From contig CALBFP010000303.1 in NCBI GenBank assembly GCA_937894115.1, positions 1 through 59,110 of the forward strand: DNA of 59,110 nt. The letters are read 5' to 3'. Shown here one piece after another: positions 37,468 through 46,391 of the stretch. A program made the translations under genes and the position numbers. Each line of letters starts with the position of its first letter. Positions within the stretch are counted from its first letter, which is position 1. Origin of the DNA: an uncultured euryarchaeote. Lineage in GTDB: Archaea > Thermoplasmatota > Poseidoniia > Poseidoniales > Poseidoniaceae. The notes beneath the pieces are model-generated. The model had not been told where the DNA came from. It saw nothing but the letters and a program-made list of their open reading frames with translations, and searched no databases.

Positions 37468-38127
37468 ATGGAGCGCGTGGTACAATCCGATTTTCACGCA
37501 CCGTACATCAGTCTCATAACCGGGCCGCCGGGGTCGATGAAATCTTCATTTTGCTTAACGCTCTTGACAAACCATCTCAACAGAACTGGTGAATTCGGAT
37601 TGTACTGCACAGTCGAAGAAACGGTCGACTCGCTGATGCGCAATGCCGCAAGTCTTGGATTGCAACTACCTATGAACCTACAAGTGACGGATTTCACGGA
37701 ATTACGAAGAGAAAATGAGGATATGGATTATCTTAAATTTACAAGAAAAATGATCGAGCACTTCAAGCAAACACATGGTGATCGGTTCACAACATTCGTT
37801 TTGGATTCTCTGGGTGCAATCTATTCACTCACAACGGTTGATGAGGCAATGCGAAAGAAGATGTTTTCATTTTTTGACTTTCTTCGATCAATGAACCTCA
37901 ACGTGTTCCTAATTACGGAACGCAACATCGGAAATCATGCGGAATTGCAGGGTAATGAAGGCTTCTTGGCTGATGCTGTTATCAATATGGGAATGGATCA
38001 TCGAAATGGAAAATTGGTTCGGACATTGCAAGTTGAGAAGATGCGTCATGTTCGTCATGCAATGGAAAAGCAAGCGGTTGACGTCGGGCCGCAAGGGCTT
38101 GTCGTTTTAGGCCCTCTTTTTGAGTGA
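37468..38127 (+). CDS. KaiC/RecA-superfamily ATPase, single domain
   Basis: Walker A is GPPGSMKSSF and Walker B-like is TTFVLDSLG. Size and layout fit archaeal KaiC-like proteins. The start could be 37402. Confidence 0.7.
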   Translation: MERVVQSDFHAPYISLITGPPGSMKSSFCLTLLTNHLNRTGEFGLYCTVEETVDSLMRNAASLGLQLPMNLQVTDFTELRRENEDMDYLKFTRKMIEHFKQTHGDRFTTFVLDSLGAIYSLTTVDEAMRKKMFSFFDFLRSMNLNVFLITERNIGNHAELQGNEGFLADAVINMGMDHRNGKLVRTLQVEKMRHVRHAMEKQAVDVGPQGLVVLGPLFE

Positions 38128-38370
38128 ATCGATGAGCAAATCGATGGCACCGAGATTGACATTTGCTTCTGTCCGTATCAAGAAAATCGAAGATTTATTT
38201 TCAAAGAAAACCGCACATCCGTCTTTACCAATAAGCGTCAACCGGCTCTTTTTGTTGAGCAAAGCACTGAGTTGTTGAAAAGAAAGTCCTGTATTGTTGT
38301 TTTCCTTATCGAGGAATTCAACTGAAATCACATGGGGAATTTCACGAAGTGCGTCAAGCGTTTCTTGCAC
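38107..38370 (-). CDS. Small protein, possibly Roadblock/LC7-like
   Basis: 87 aa with a GTG start and no SD. It lies 9 nt after the GNAT stop. The pattern (GKDGCAVF ... ANVNLGAIDLLIDSL) weakly resembles the Roadblock fold. Confidence 0.3.
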   Translation of the reverse strand: MQETLDALREIPHVISVEFLDKENNNTGLSFQQLSALLNKKSRLTLIGKDGCAVFFENKSSIFLIRTEANVNLGAIDLLIDSLKKRA

Positions 38371-38379
38371 AAAACAAAC

Positions 38380-38886
38380 TCATTGTTGGGGTGTATCATT
38401 GTTTGGATGGTACGGTTGCAGCTTTCCATGCATGACGTACCCCATACCTTGGCGGTAATAGTTGTGAAGTTCTTGAGCGATTACCAAACCTCTTTTTCTA
38501 TAGAATGAAATGGCACGACTGTTTGTAGCACGAACCTCCAACTGCACATTACAATAACCCAAAGGGAGAACTTTGTCAGCAAGCATGTTCCAGGCCATCG
38601 AACCCCAACCCTTTCCCCGTGCACCCGAATCGAGCACAAACGAAACAATACGGACGGTATCTTGCTTGAACGGTGTTGTCCACAAAAGTCCTCGCATTGC
38701 GTTTGGAACCATGTTTTCTGAATCCAAAAGCATAAGATTTCCATCCCAAGATGGTACGGGCAATGTTTGTATTGATCCAATGAAGTACTCTTCTCCAGTC
38801 CCCTCGAGGAACAGGTGCTGAACGGCTTGCACCCATTCAAGAGAAAGTTGAGAAGGGGAAAGGCCATCACGCCACCCCGCAACCAC
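38380..38886 (-). CDS. GNAT-family N-acetyltransferase
   Basis: Acetyl-CoA motif A is LDSGARGKGWGSMA, and AISFYRKRGL is also present. The GTG at 38886 lies 4 nt after the upstream stop, giving a normal ~168-aa GNAT. The longer 220-aa track ORF overlaps the upstream gene. Confidence 0.75.
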   Translation of the reverse strand: MVAGWRDGLSPSQLSLEWVQAVQHLFLEGTGEEYFIGSIQTLPVPSWDGNLMLLDSENMVPNAMRGLLWTTPFKQDTVRIVSFVLDSGARGKGWGSMAWNMLADKVLPLGYCNVQLEVRATNSRAISFYRKRGLVIAQELHNYYRQGMGYVMHGKLQPYHPNNDTPQQ

Positions 38887-38890
38887 AACA

Positions 38891-41008
38891 TCACTTCCTT
38901 GTTTCTTTGCGGCCACGTCTTCGTCCTTGACGGATGTCAATGCGCTGTGAATTTCGCTTCTTTGATTGACGTTGCTTTTGTTGAGATTTTTTTGCTTCAC
39001 TGGAACCGATGCTTGCAATTCCTCCCTTTGAGAGCAATGCATCCAGTTCGTTCAAGGATAAGGAATCTCCACTCGAAGCTTTCTGTCGGACCTCATTTAT
39101 GTTTACTTCTGGGGCACGTTGACGTCTCGGTCTTGCTTGATGGTTGTCTATACGTCGCGCATTGTTGCGTTGTTTTTTGCTTGAAATACGCTGCCAAGCC
39201 TCTAGACGGCCTATTTCTCGTCGAAGTTCGTGTTTCGTAGTGTATTGCTCGTTAATGGAGCGTTGGAGCAATTTGGCGTTTTTCTGGAATTCTCGCACAC
39301 TCTTAGGATTCAAGTGAATGCCTTCAAGTGCAGGGTTGCTTTCAATCAATTGTTCAAGAATGTCTGTCTCCCTTCTTCTTGTTTTCTTCAAGGCTCGGTA
39401 TTCTTCATTCTGTTCACGACGAAGGCGAATAAAATCTTGATGTGCCTGATTTGATTGGAGTGATGCCTCGTACATTGCCTGAAGTTCAAAGAAATAAGCA
39501 AAATCACCTCTCTCAACCCCTAGACTTGGTGCATTGAAGACGTCAACCTCGGAGGTAAGTTTGTCGAACATACGCAACAGTTCTTCTTTGATTCGTTTGG
39601 TTGGGATGGCAATTCTTTGATTTATTCCGTCACGAACTTCTCGAATTTCTTGAACTTTCATACTCAATGGGCGCAGTTCAGCTAAGATCTGCTGCCGATC
39701 GGACTTGGCGATTCGTGTTTCTTTCAATCCTCCACGAAGCAAATCCAACAGTTCCTTGGAATTTTGACGTTCCTCTACAAGGCTACGGATCTGGTTCTCA
39801 ACGGTTTCGAGGTTGGTCTGCATTGTTTCAAGGCGCGTTGTAATTTCATCTCTTGATACGTTTCTCAAATCATGAAACAAGTCTTCAGGTTCTTCATCGA
39901 TATCGATTACTGGTTCGCAAATTGTTTGCCATGACGCTCCTTCCGATATCAGTTGAATCGCCCGCATGAACTCGTTTTGTATGGACATTGCACCCTCTGC
40001 GCGAAGCACTCGGGAAAGATCGTGCTCATGGTCGAATGGGTCCTCAATAGGCATGACATGAGCCATCATTCCATCTTCTGCACCCGTAACAACCTCAAGC
40101 GGCAACGGTCCCGTTTGCTGCCACTTCTTTTCCTTGGTAGAGAGCGGATTGCCTGAACGAATCGATACAACCATGGTGTCCCAATCCCAACGCGTTGCAA
40201 ATCGATCAAAGAAACTGACCAACAATGAGGCAAGCGTTTGTGCGTTTTTCGATGCGTAGGCATCATCGTTGAATCCAACATCGTATGTCGTGCCAAGAAA
40301 TGAGATGGGCTTAGAGGCGTTTTCATGTTGTCGATTTGGAGCGAGAGGAGGTTGAACCAGTTGCGCATGTTGGATGCATAACAATGTCCAAGCATAAGAG
40401 GAAAGGGTTCCTTCGAAAGCGTTGTTGACTCCACGGCGGCTTGCCCAATACTTGACCATCTGGACCAATTTTTGAAGCCGTTTTTCTTGCGCATAGGATT
40501 TCATCATCATCGAATTGTAGATTGCAAGACGGTTGTCCATTGAGATGTCAACATCCAAACCAGAACGCGGGTCTCTGAATTTTACGATGGGTATTCGAGC
40601 TTTTGGAATCACTTTGATGTCTTCCATGCCTTCCTCATGAAATAAGCCAGATAGTTTCCTGAGGACCTTTCTTGGTGTCTTGTTCTTGAAGGAGAGGCAC
40701 AAATCGAGGTCACCTGTGCCAATCGAGAGATTGGTGACGCTGGAACCAAATGCCTCAAGCATGGAATTTTTTCCGAATCTACGGAAGATAACTCCCTTCA
40801 AGTGTTTAGTAAGCGATTCTCTACTTTTGGCTTTTGCATCGCCAATTTTCTTGAACATTTTGTTGAAATCAGAATCCAATTTGTCCATAATGTCCTTGTC
40901 GATATTCGCCAAATCGGGGATTTCAATTTCTTCAATGAGGTGTTTGTAGAGGTAAGACCAGCGTTCCTGCTGATCTTTGGAGAGGCCTGTTGTGGTGCAA
41001 ACACTCAT
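38891..41008 (-). CDS. Cid1/TRF4/GLD-2-type (non-canonical poly(A)/terminal uridylyl) nucleotidyltransferase fused to a COG1340-like coiled-coil module and a basic tail
   Basis: 705 aa.
- Pol-beta NTase motif FGSSVTNLSIGTGDLDLCL with third Asp in LDVDIS
- KARIPIVKF and VKYWASRRGVNNAFEGTLSSYAWTLLCIQ
- PAP-associated-like LLVSFFDRF..VVSIRSG and IEDPFDHEHDLSR
- aa ~385-705: coiled coil ending SGDSLSLNELDALLSKGG plus an Arg/Lys tail. Confidence 0.8.
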   Translation of the reverse strand: MSVCTTTGLSKDQQERWSYLYKHLIEEIEIPDLANIDKDIMDKLDSDFNKMFKKIGDAKAKSRESLTKHLKGVIFRRFGKNSMLEAFGSSVTNLSIGTGDLDLCLSFKNKTPRKVLRKLSGLFHEEGMEDIKVIPKARIPIVKFRDPRSGLDVDISMDNRLAIYNSMMMKSYAQEKRLQKLVQMVKYWASRRGVNNAFEGTLSSYAWTLLCIQHAQLVQPPLAPNRQHENASKPISFLGTTYDVGFNDDAYASKNAQTLASLLVSFFDRFATRWDWDTMVVSIRSGNPLSTKEKKWQQTGPLPLEVVTGAEDGMMAHVMPIEDPFDHEHDLSRVLRAEGAMSIQNEFMRAIQLISEGASWQTICEPVIDIDEEPEDLFHDLRNVSRDEITTRLETMQTNLETVENQIRSLVEERQNSKELLDLLRGGLKETRIAKSDRQQILAELRPLSMKVQEIREVRDGINQRIAIPTKRIKEELLRMFDKLTSEVDVFNAPSLGVERGDFAYFFELQAMYEASLQSNQAHQDFIRLRREQNEEYRALKKTRRRETDILEQLIESNPALEGIHLNPKSVREFQKNAKLLQRSINEQYTTKHELRREIGRLEAWQRISSKKQRNNARRIDNHQARPRRQRAPEVNINEVRQKASSGDSLSLNELDALLSKGGIASIGSSEAKKSQQKQRQSKKRNSQRIDIRQGRRRGRKETRK

Positions 41009-41811
41009 TCTTCTTCACCACTTTTTTTGTCTTGTTGGCGCCGCTCACGTGCCAGAGCACGGGTGGATTTACCACCCTCTCGTACCCGTTGGGCATCAAC
41101 CAGCAATTCGTGAAAACCGTGCTCCAAGCAATTCTTCCAGAAGTCGATACCTCGCTGACTTTCATCCAAGGCCTGCGCTAATCTCGTCGTTCGTGCATCA
41201 GCGTGTTTTCTTTTCTGCTCGTTTTCGATGTATGTTTCGTGAAAAATCTGGTTCTCGTCATGCAGTTGAACCATCGCTTGATGCGCTTTGTCCGCAGTGT
41301 CAAGGAGTTTCTTTGCCTCCTCACGCAGTTCTTTCATTCGATTGATGTCAGCAAATTTTTCTTTTCTAGAATCAACCCATTCTTCGTGCTTTCGAATGAG
41401 ATTCTTCATTTCGTTGAGGGTCGAGCGTTCGTCTACATGGGTCCCCCAATTGGTTTGCAAAGAGAGATCTAGAGCGTCGAGGCGTTGTTGCAATCGATCT
41501 TTTGCCCATTCAGGCTCTGGTTTCGTATCACCCTTTTGCTGTGGTGTTGTTTCCCGAATCTCGCTTGCTTCGACGAACAAAGCCTTTGCCTTGGCTTGTG
41601 CATCGTTTCGTTCTTTTTTCAGAGATGCCACTTTCTTGTTGACATCGTCACGTTTGGATTTTGCTGAACGTGCCATGGCTGCTGCTTCTGTGAGCTCGTC
41701 ACTTCGTGCATCAAGCTGCTCGGGTATCTCCGCAGCGAGCCTTTCCCTTCGGTGGAGGATGGCTTTGCCTAACAACTCAGGCGTGATGGCCAAGAGTTCT
41801 TCAGGCGTCAT
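41005..41811 (-). CDS. Archaeal coiled-coil protein (COG1340-like), paralog 2
   Basis: Shares blocks with the other paralogs: KRDDVNKKVASLKKERND, LDLSLQTNWGTHVDERSTLNEMKNL and KAHQAMVQL. Its stop overlaps the NTase start (ATGA). The internal ATG at 41811 was chosen to avoid overlap with the divergent gene. Confidence 0.65.
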   Translation of the reverse strand: MTPEELLAITPELLGKAILHRRERLAAEIPEQLDARSDELTEAAAMARSAKSKRDDVNKKVASLKKERNDAQAKAKALFVEASEIRETTPQQKGDTKPEPEWAKDRLQQRLDALDLSLQTNWGTHVDERSTLNEMKNLIRKHEEWVDSRKEKFADINRMKELREEAKKLLDTADKAHQAMVQLHDENQIFHETYIENEQKRKHADARTTRLAQALDESQRGIDFWKNCLEHGFHELLVDAQRVREGGKSTRALARERRQQDKKSGEEE

Positions 41812-41902
41812 GTAAACCGCCCACTCTGCAACCATGAATAAACCTCCCGTCATGTCTTTGTTCGACATCATGCTCAAAAACCTCCACAGTTTGAACTGCT
41901 GT

Positions 41903-44047
41903 ATGGAGGAGTTGCGCAACCGTTTCACAACCACGCTCTTGGTTGCGTTGTTGCTATGTGTGCTTCCTATACAGATTTCTGTTCAGGCTGATGGGCCTGA
42001 AAATGTTCAATTCGTGGGCTTGAATGCTCTAACGTATTCAGGTGCTGATGAGAGCGGTGCATTCACATCAAACGCTACGATTCGGCAAGGGGATCATCTC
42101 ATTCTTGAAATTCCAATTGAAAACACAGGCGCAACTCCACAAGTTGCTTCTATCGTTCTCAACGTTAGCCAAGCAAGTTGGAACGAAACGGTTTATTTCG
42201 CAGACATCACAATCGATGCCTTAACAACTCATGTGGTGAATTATTTTTCATCCTCACGTGTTGTGGAGGGATTGTTAAACGTTGAAATGTCGATCAACAA
42301 CACGAGCGCGGAACTCGTTGATTCTGCGGATGTCGGGCCCCCTCCCCTACCGAGCGTGGATTTGAGCATCGATCTTGTAACGCAATCTTTTGCTTCTGGT
42401 GACTTAATCCAATTCAATCTATCCTCATCAAATGAAAATGGAGAACGTTCATTTGATGGCCATTTGCGTTGCGATTTCCTTGGAGAGCAAGTTTACAACT
42501 CATCCCTCGGATTGGATGTGGAACAGGACCAGTCGGATCTTTTCGACATCTATGCACGGCCCGGTGTTCTTGAATGTCAACTTGGGGGCGACAGAAATCA
42601 GTCTGATGAAACGTTGGTGACCTTCTCGCTTGAAGGACTAGCGTCCGCCGTGTTTGATGAAGCAGGGTCAAGTGGCCTCTCGATCAGTGGTGGTCCGTGG
42701 CACGTCGGAGATGGTGTACAGACGTCCTTTATTCTCAAGAATCAAGGCGATGATTCAGGCACAGCACAACTTCGCATTGTCAACGGAGATGATGAACATG
42801 TCAGTGAAGAGCTTGTCCTAGATCCAGGTGCCGCAGGTGAACTGGAGGTTGTAGTTTCCGATTTGGAAGCAGGTGTTCACAATCTCAGCTGGAGTGTCGT
42901 GTCTCAAGACGGTCTTGTATTGGCTGGACTTGAAGGGATTTCGACATTAACAATACGAACGCCTCAAGCGATGTTCGCAGATGTCGATGCTCAGGTGGAT
43001 GCAACAGGCGTCACGCTTCACTGGAATGTGTCCATTAGCGATGGTCTCGATAGGGAAGTTAAACTTCGATACGGCTACAGGGTTTCAGGCACGGATACAT
43101 TTGTCAACGAACAGATTGTAACGCTTGGATCGGGAACAGTAGCCGGTCAAACAACGCTCGGCAAAATACCAGGTAATACGGTTGTTTTGAGAATGGAACC
43201 CATCGGTTGGAGTTCAACATCCAGCAGTTACATCGCCTCATCGTCGTATCAGAGTGTTGTTGCTGCATATTCCTTCAGCATTGATTCAATACCGCTTCCC
43301 CAACAACCTTTGCAGGGACAAGACGTGACTGTGACTGTAAATTTGCAGAACACCGGCCCTGTTCAAGGCCCTGTTGGTGAATTGTATCTTATGGACAGCA
43401 GTGGAAGAATTCTTGCTGAAACATCCACTGAAGCACTTCAGTCGAGTTCCTCTCGGAATCTTGATTTTACTTTTGCAGCGCCGTACACAAACGAACTGCT
43501 TCTCAATGTGGAATGGCGGTTTGGAGACACGATTCTTGAGGCCGAGCAAAGTTTTTTGTTAGAGCCTGTTGAAGTTCAAGACAAACCATTTGAGGTCCCC
43601 TATGTGGCGATTGGAGGTGGTCTTGCCGCAGCTTGTTTTGTGATTTTCATACTCCATTTGAGGCGAGGCACCTCATCCGAAAAACCTGATCCCGCAAGGC
43701 CTAGCAAGCAAAAGAAATCGAAACCTGCGGTTGAAAAGAAAGAACCAGAAACCGTCGAAAAGACCTGCCCATCTTGCAGCAGAACGTTACGCATCCCTGG
43801 AGATTACTCTGGAACCGTTCGATGTCCGGATTGTTCCGAAAAGTTTCAGGTTGAAGCGGAAGAAGCGTTTGATATTGACGATGAGTTGGATTCAATCGAG
43901 GAAGTTGAACCGGTGAAAAAAACCGTTGAGGAGAAAGTGGAAATATCCTGTCCAGAATGTCCTTCTAAACTTCGTGTCCCTTCAAATTACAAGGGTTCTG
44001 TTCGTTGTCCACAGTGCTCAGTTGTTTTTTCTGTTATAAAAAACTAA
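41903..44047 (+). CDS. Surface protein with Ig-like repeats, TM anchor and cytoplasmic tandem zinc ribbons
   Basis: Signal peptide from the internal Met (MEELRNRFTTTLLVALLLCVLPIQISVQA). The ectodomain is long and beta-rich. The TM helix is VAIGGGLAAACFVIFILHL. Two CPxC-x16-CPxC ribbons follow (CPSCSRTLRIPGDYSGTVRCPDCSEKF and CPECPSKLRVPSNYKGSVRCPQCSVVF). Confidence 0.75.
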   Translation: MEELRNRFTTTLLVALLLCVLPIQISVQADGPENVQFVGLNALTYSGADESGAFTSNATIRQGDHLILEIPIENTGATPQVASIVLNVSQASWNETVYFADITIDALTTHVVNYFSSSRVVEGLLNVEMSINNTSAELVDSADVGPPPLPSVDLSIDLVTQSFASGDLIQFNLSSSNENGERSFDGHLRCDFLGEQVYNSSLGLDVEQDQSDLFDIYARPGVLECQLGGDRNQSDETLVTFSLEGLASAVFDEAGSSGLSISGGPWHVGDGVQTSFILKNQGDDSGTAQLRIVNGDDEHVSEELVLDPGAAGELEVVVSDLEAGVHNLSWSVVSQDGLVLAGLEGISTLTIRTPQAMFADVDAQVDATGVTLHWNVSISDGLDREVKLRYGYRVSGTDTFVNEQIVTLGSGTVAGQTTLGKIPGNTVVLRMEPIGWSSTSSSYIASSSYQSVVAAYSFSIDSIPLPQQPLQGQDVTVTVNLQNTGPVQGPVGELYLMDSSGRILAETSTEALQSSSSRNLDFTFAAPYTNELLLNVEWRFGDTILEAEQSFLLEPVEVQDKPFEVPYVAIGGGLAAACFVIFILHLRRGTSSEKPDPARPSKQKKSKPAVEKKEPETVEKTCPSCSRTLRIPGDYSGTVRCPDCSEKFQVEAEEAFDIDDELDSIEEVEPVKKTVEEKVEISCPECPSKLRVPSNYKGSVRCPQCSVVFSVIKN

Positions 44048-44085
44048 AGAGAAACTCTTGAAGTTCAGAAGTTCTAGGGAGGGAC

Positions 44086-44766
44086 ATGGCCGGCCACTTT
44101 CAAGAATTTGAAGATCAATACTTGGAGACGATGTACAAGTTTTATGAAGAAAACGGTGAAAATGCCAACACAAGAGTAAGAACCGGCGATATCGCAGAGC
44201 GACTCGGTGTTTCACCCGCTTCAGCAACTGAGATGATTCAGCGTCTCTCCGCAAAAGGATACATCGATTATGAGCGATACAAAGGTGCAAAGCTCACTCT
44301 AGAGGGTCTCAAGCACGGTCAAATGATAAAGCGCAGACACAGGCTTGCAGAGGTCTTACTCGAGCGAATTCCGTTTGAAGGCAACACGCACGAAACCGCA
44401 TGCAGGTTGGAACACGCGATTGACGACGACCTTGAAGTTGCATTGACGCTTTTGCTGGGAAATCCGCAAGTTGCTCCAGTTGACGGAGCCCATGAAATGA
44501 GCAGAGAAATTCCAGATATGAGTGAAGTAATCAACGAGCGTCTTGCCGAAAAAATGAGTCGACACAAGGCGATTTCGGATTTACAAGCCGAAGAATCGGG
44601 TACAATTGTTGGTTTGCTGATTACGGAAGAACTGAGGAAACTTTTCGCAGGTAATCTCTTCATTGGAGCGATTGTTAAGTCCAATGGGAGCACCAATTAT
44701 GACATCAATGGTCAAAGCATCGGCCTCAAGACCGATATTGCACAATCGATCATCGTTGAAGTTTGA
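44086..44766 (+). CDS. DtxR/MntR-family metal-dependent transcriptional regulator with FeoA-like C-terminal domain
   Basis: 226 aa. EDQYLETMYK, the wHTH GDIAERLGVSPASATEMIQRLSAKGYI and the dimerisation helix RRHRLAEVLL are present. A GGGAGGGA SD precedes the start. Confidence 0.88.
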   Translation: MAGHFQEFEDQYLETMYKFYEENGENANTRVRTGDIAERLGVSPASATEMIQRLSAKGYIDYERYKGAKLTLEGLKHGQMIKRRHRLAEVLLERIPFEGNTHETACRLEHAIDDDLEVALTLLLGNPQVAPVDGAHEMSREIPDMSEVINERLAEKMSRHKAISDLQAEESGTIVGLLITEELRKLFAGNLFIGAIVKSNGSTNYDINGQSIGLKTDIAQSIIVEV

Positions 44767-44837
44767 TGGCGTAAAAACTCAGCAGATTTCATCGAAAAAA
44801 GCCGAATGCTTTTGAGTTCAACCAACGAGGACTTTGT

Positions 44838-46340
44838 GTGAGCGAGACAGTTTCAGAGGACTCTGGGGAGGGCCTTCCACCCTCACTTTTTGAAAGAGAA
44901 CGCATACTGCTCTCCATTGATAATCAACTCATTTCCTTGGGTCTTCGACTTACACTACTTCTGCCTGCCTTTTCTCTGTTCATCTTGTTGGGTGCTTGGG
45001 CCTATGACGGCTCCAATCCAGATTGGTGGGAGTCAAGCATCCAACCTTCTGTTGGACAAACGTTTAGTTTCACGTTGTTAATTCTAGGAACCGTTGTCGG
45101 TGTGGGTTGGCTTCTTGCCTTAGGCGTTCATAGATATCGCATTGCGTTGTCGTATTCAGCGTTCATCAATGAGGTAAAAGCCTCTGAAAAGCGCCATCAG
45201 AGTATTGAAGCGCTTCATGGATTCGATGGAATGGCTCATCGCATACAAAAGCAATTGCGCATGCACTCACTGTCCTTCTCAACGGTATTGCTGAGTTGTA
45301 TTGGACTTAGTTTTGTGCTCTTGATAGGCCTAGGTGAACCCCTAGGACAAAACGTCTTCCTTGCGTCTTGGGGCATGTTTTTGCTCGCAGTTGGTTTCCA
45401 TATGAATACCCGACAAAACCGTTTCAACATGGTCAACAAGTCTGGATTGTTGGATGCGTTTCAAGCGCCGGTCCATCCTTCAACACTGGATGGTGTTTTT
45501 GACGATATGATTCGTACACACCTCGATCCACTTCTTCGTTCTCAATACGATGAATTGATGCGCAGGATTCAGGGATACATCAAGCGCGGTGTAAAGCATG
45601 ATTTTGCTCGTGAGAAAGTACTCATGACATTGTATCGACACTACAACGGCCTCGATTCGAAGACTGTGCGTCTGGAGCTTGAAGAGGTCCTCAAAGAAGA
45701 AGGCGCTGATATTCTGATGACCGATGAGGCCTTCAGCCTCGAACTTTGGCTTGAGCTTATCGAACACGCTCAGGAACAATGTCCTGCATTTTTCCGTCTT
45801 GTCGACCGCATTGAACAAGACATGGAATTTGGACGTCCACCTGCGTTGAAGGACTTGGTGTTTGAGGTTGATCTCGAAAACGTCGTTACAAAGCGAGCGA
45901 ATCTCTTTGTTTTCATGCACAACCTCTCCAACAAGAGCAGGACGGTGGTGTTCCGTGTACAATCGCCTGATTTCCGTCCGAATCAAATTGCAATGCGTTA
46001 TCAACTTGCACCAGGCAAGGAAGCGTGGTGGTCGAGCGAAACCCTACCGATTGCAATCGAAGGGAATGAAGACGTACTTGGAAAGATGACGGGTCTCTTG
46101 CGCGACGGTACGATGGCATGGCAGACGCTCCTTCCCGAACGGTTTGGAGAAGCAACCGTATCGGTACGGCTTGAGGAGGTCAGCGGTGACCTTCTCATCG
46201 GACGTCAAATCAACGTCAACGTTCGGAATGAGTTCCGCAGTATCTTGCGTCGAACGGTTACGTTATCGACTCAGGTGGTTGGAACACTGGTCATTGGTCT
46301 TGCTAGCGTGTTGGAATTACTCGAAATTTTCAACATTTAA
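44838..46340 (+). CDS. Membrane protein with large cytoplasmic domain, uncharacterised
   Basis: 500 aa with a GTG start. It has 4-5 N-terminal helices and a C-terminal TM. No motif was recognised. Confidence 0.55.
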   Translation: MSETVSEDSGEGLPPSLFERERILLSIDNQLISLGLRLTLLLPAFSLFILLGAWAYDGSNPDWWESSIQPSVGQTFSFTLLILGTVVGVGWLLALGVHRYRIALSYSAFINEVKASEKRHQSIEALHGFDGMAHRIQKQLRMHSLSFSTVLLSCIGLSFVLLIGLGEPLGQNVFLASWGMFLLAVGFHMNTRQNRFNMVNKSGLLDAFQAPVHPSTLDGVFDDMIRTHLDPLLRSQYDELMRRIQGYIKRGVKHDFAREKVLMTLYRHYNGLDSKTVRLELEEVLKEEGADILMTDEAFSLELWLELIEHAQEQCPAFFRLVDRIEQDMEFGRPPALKDLVFEVDLENVVTKRANLFVFMHNLSNKSRTVVFRVQSPDFRPNQIAMRYQLAPGKEAWWSSETLPIAIEGNEDVLGKMTGLLRDGTMAWQTLLPERFGEATVSVRLEEVSGDLLIGRQINVNVRNEFRSILRRTVTLSTQVVGTLVIGLASVLELLEIFNI

Positions 46341-46391
46341 AACAATCCTTGTCAGCCATAGGTTTGAAAGCCAAAACCACTACGCAGTGGT

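Noticed and set aside
38887-39042. 52-codon N-terminal extension of the GNAT ORF
   Set aside because: It overlaps the basic tail of the NTase gene. The GTG at 38886 gives a normal-size GNAT 4 nt after the upstream stop.
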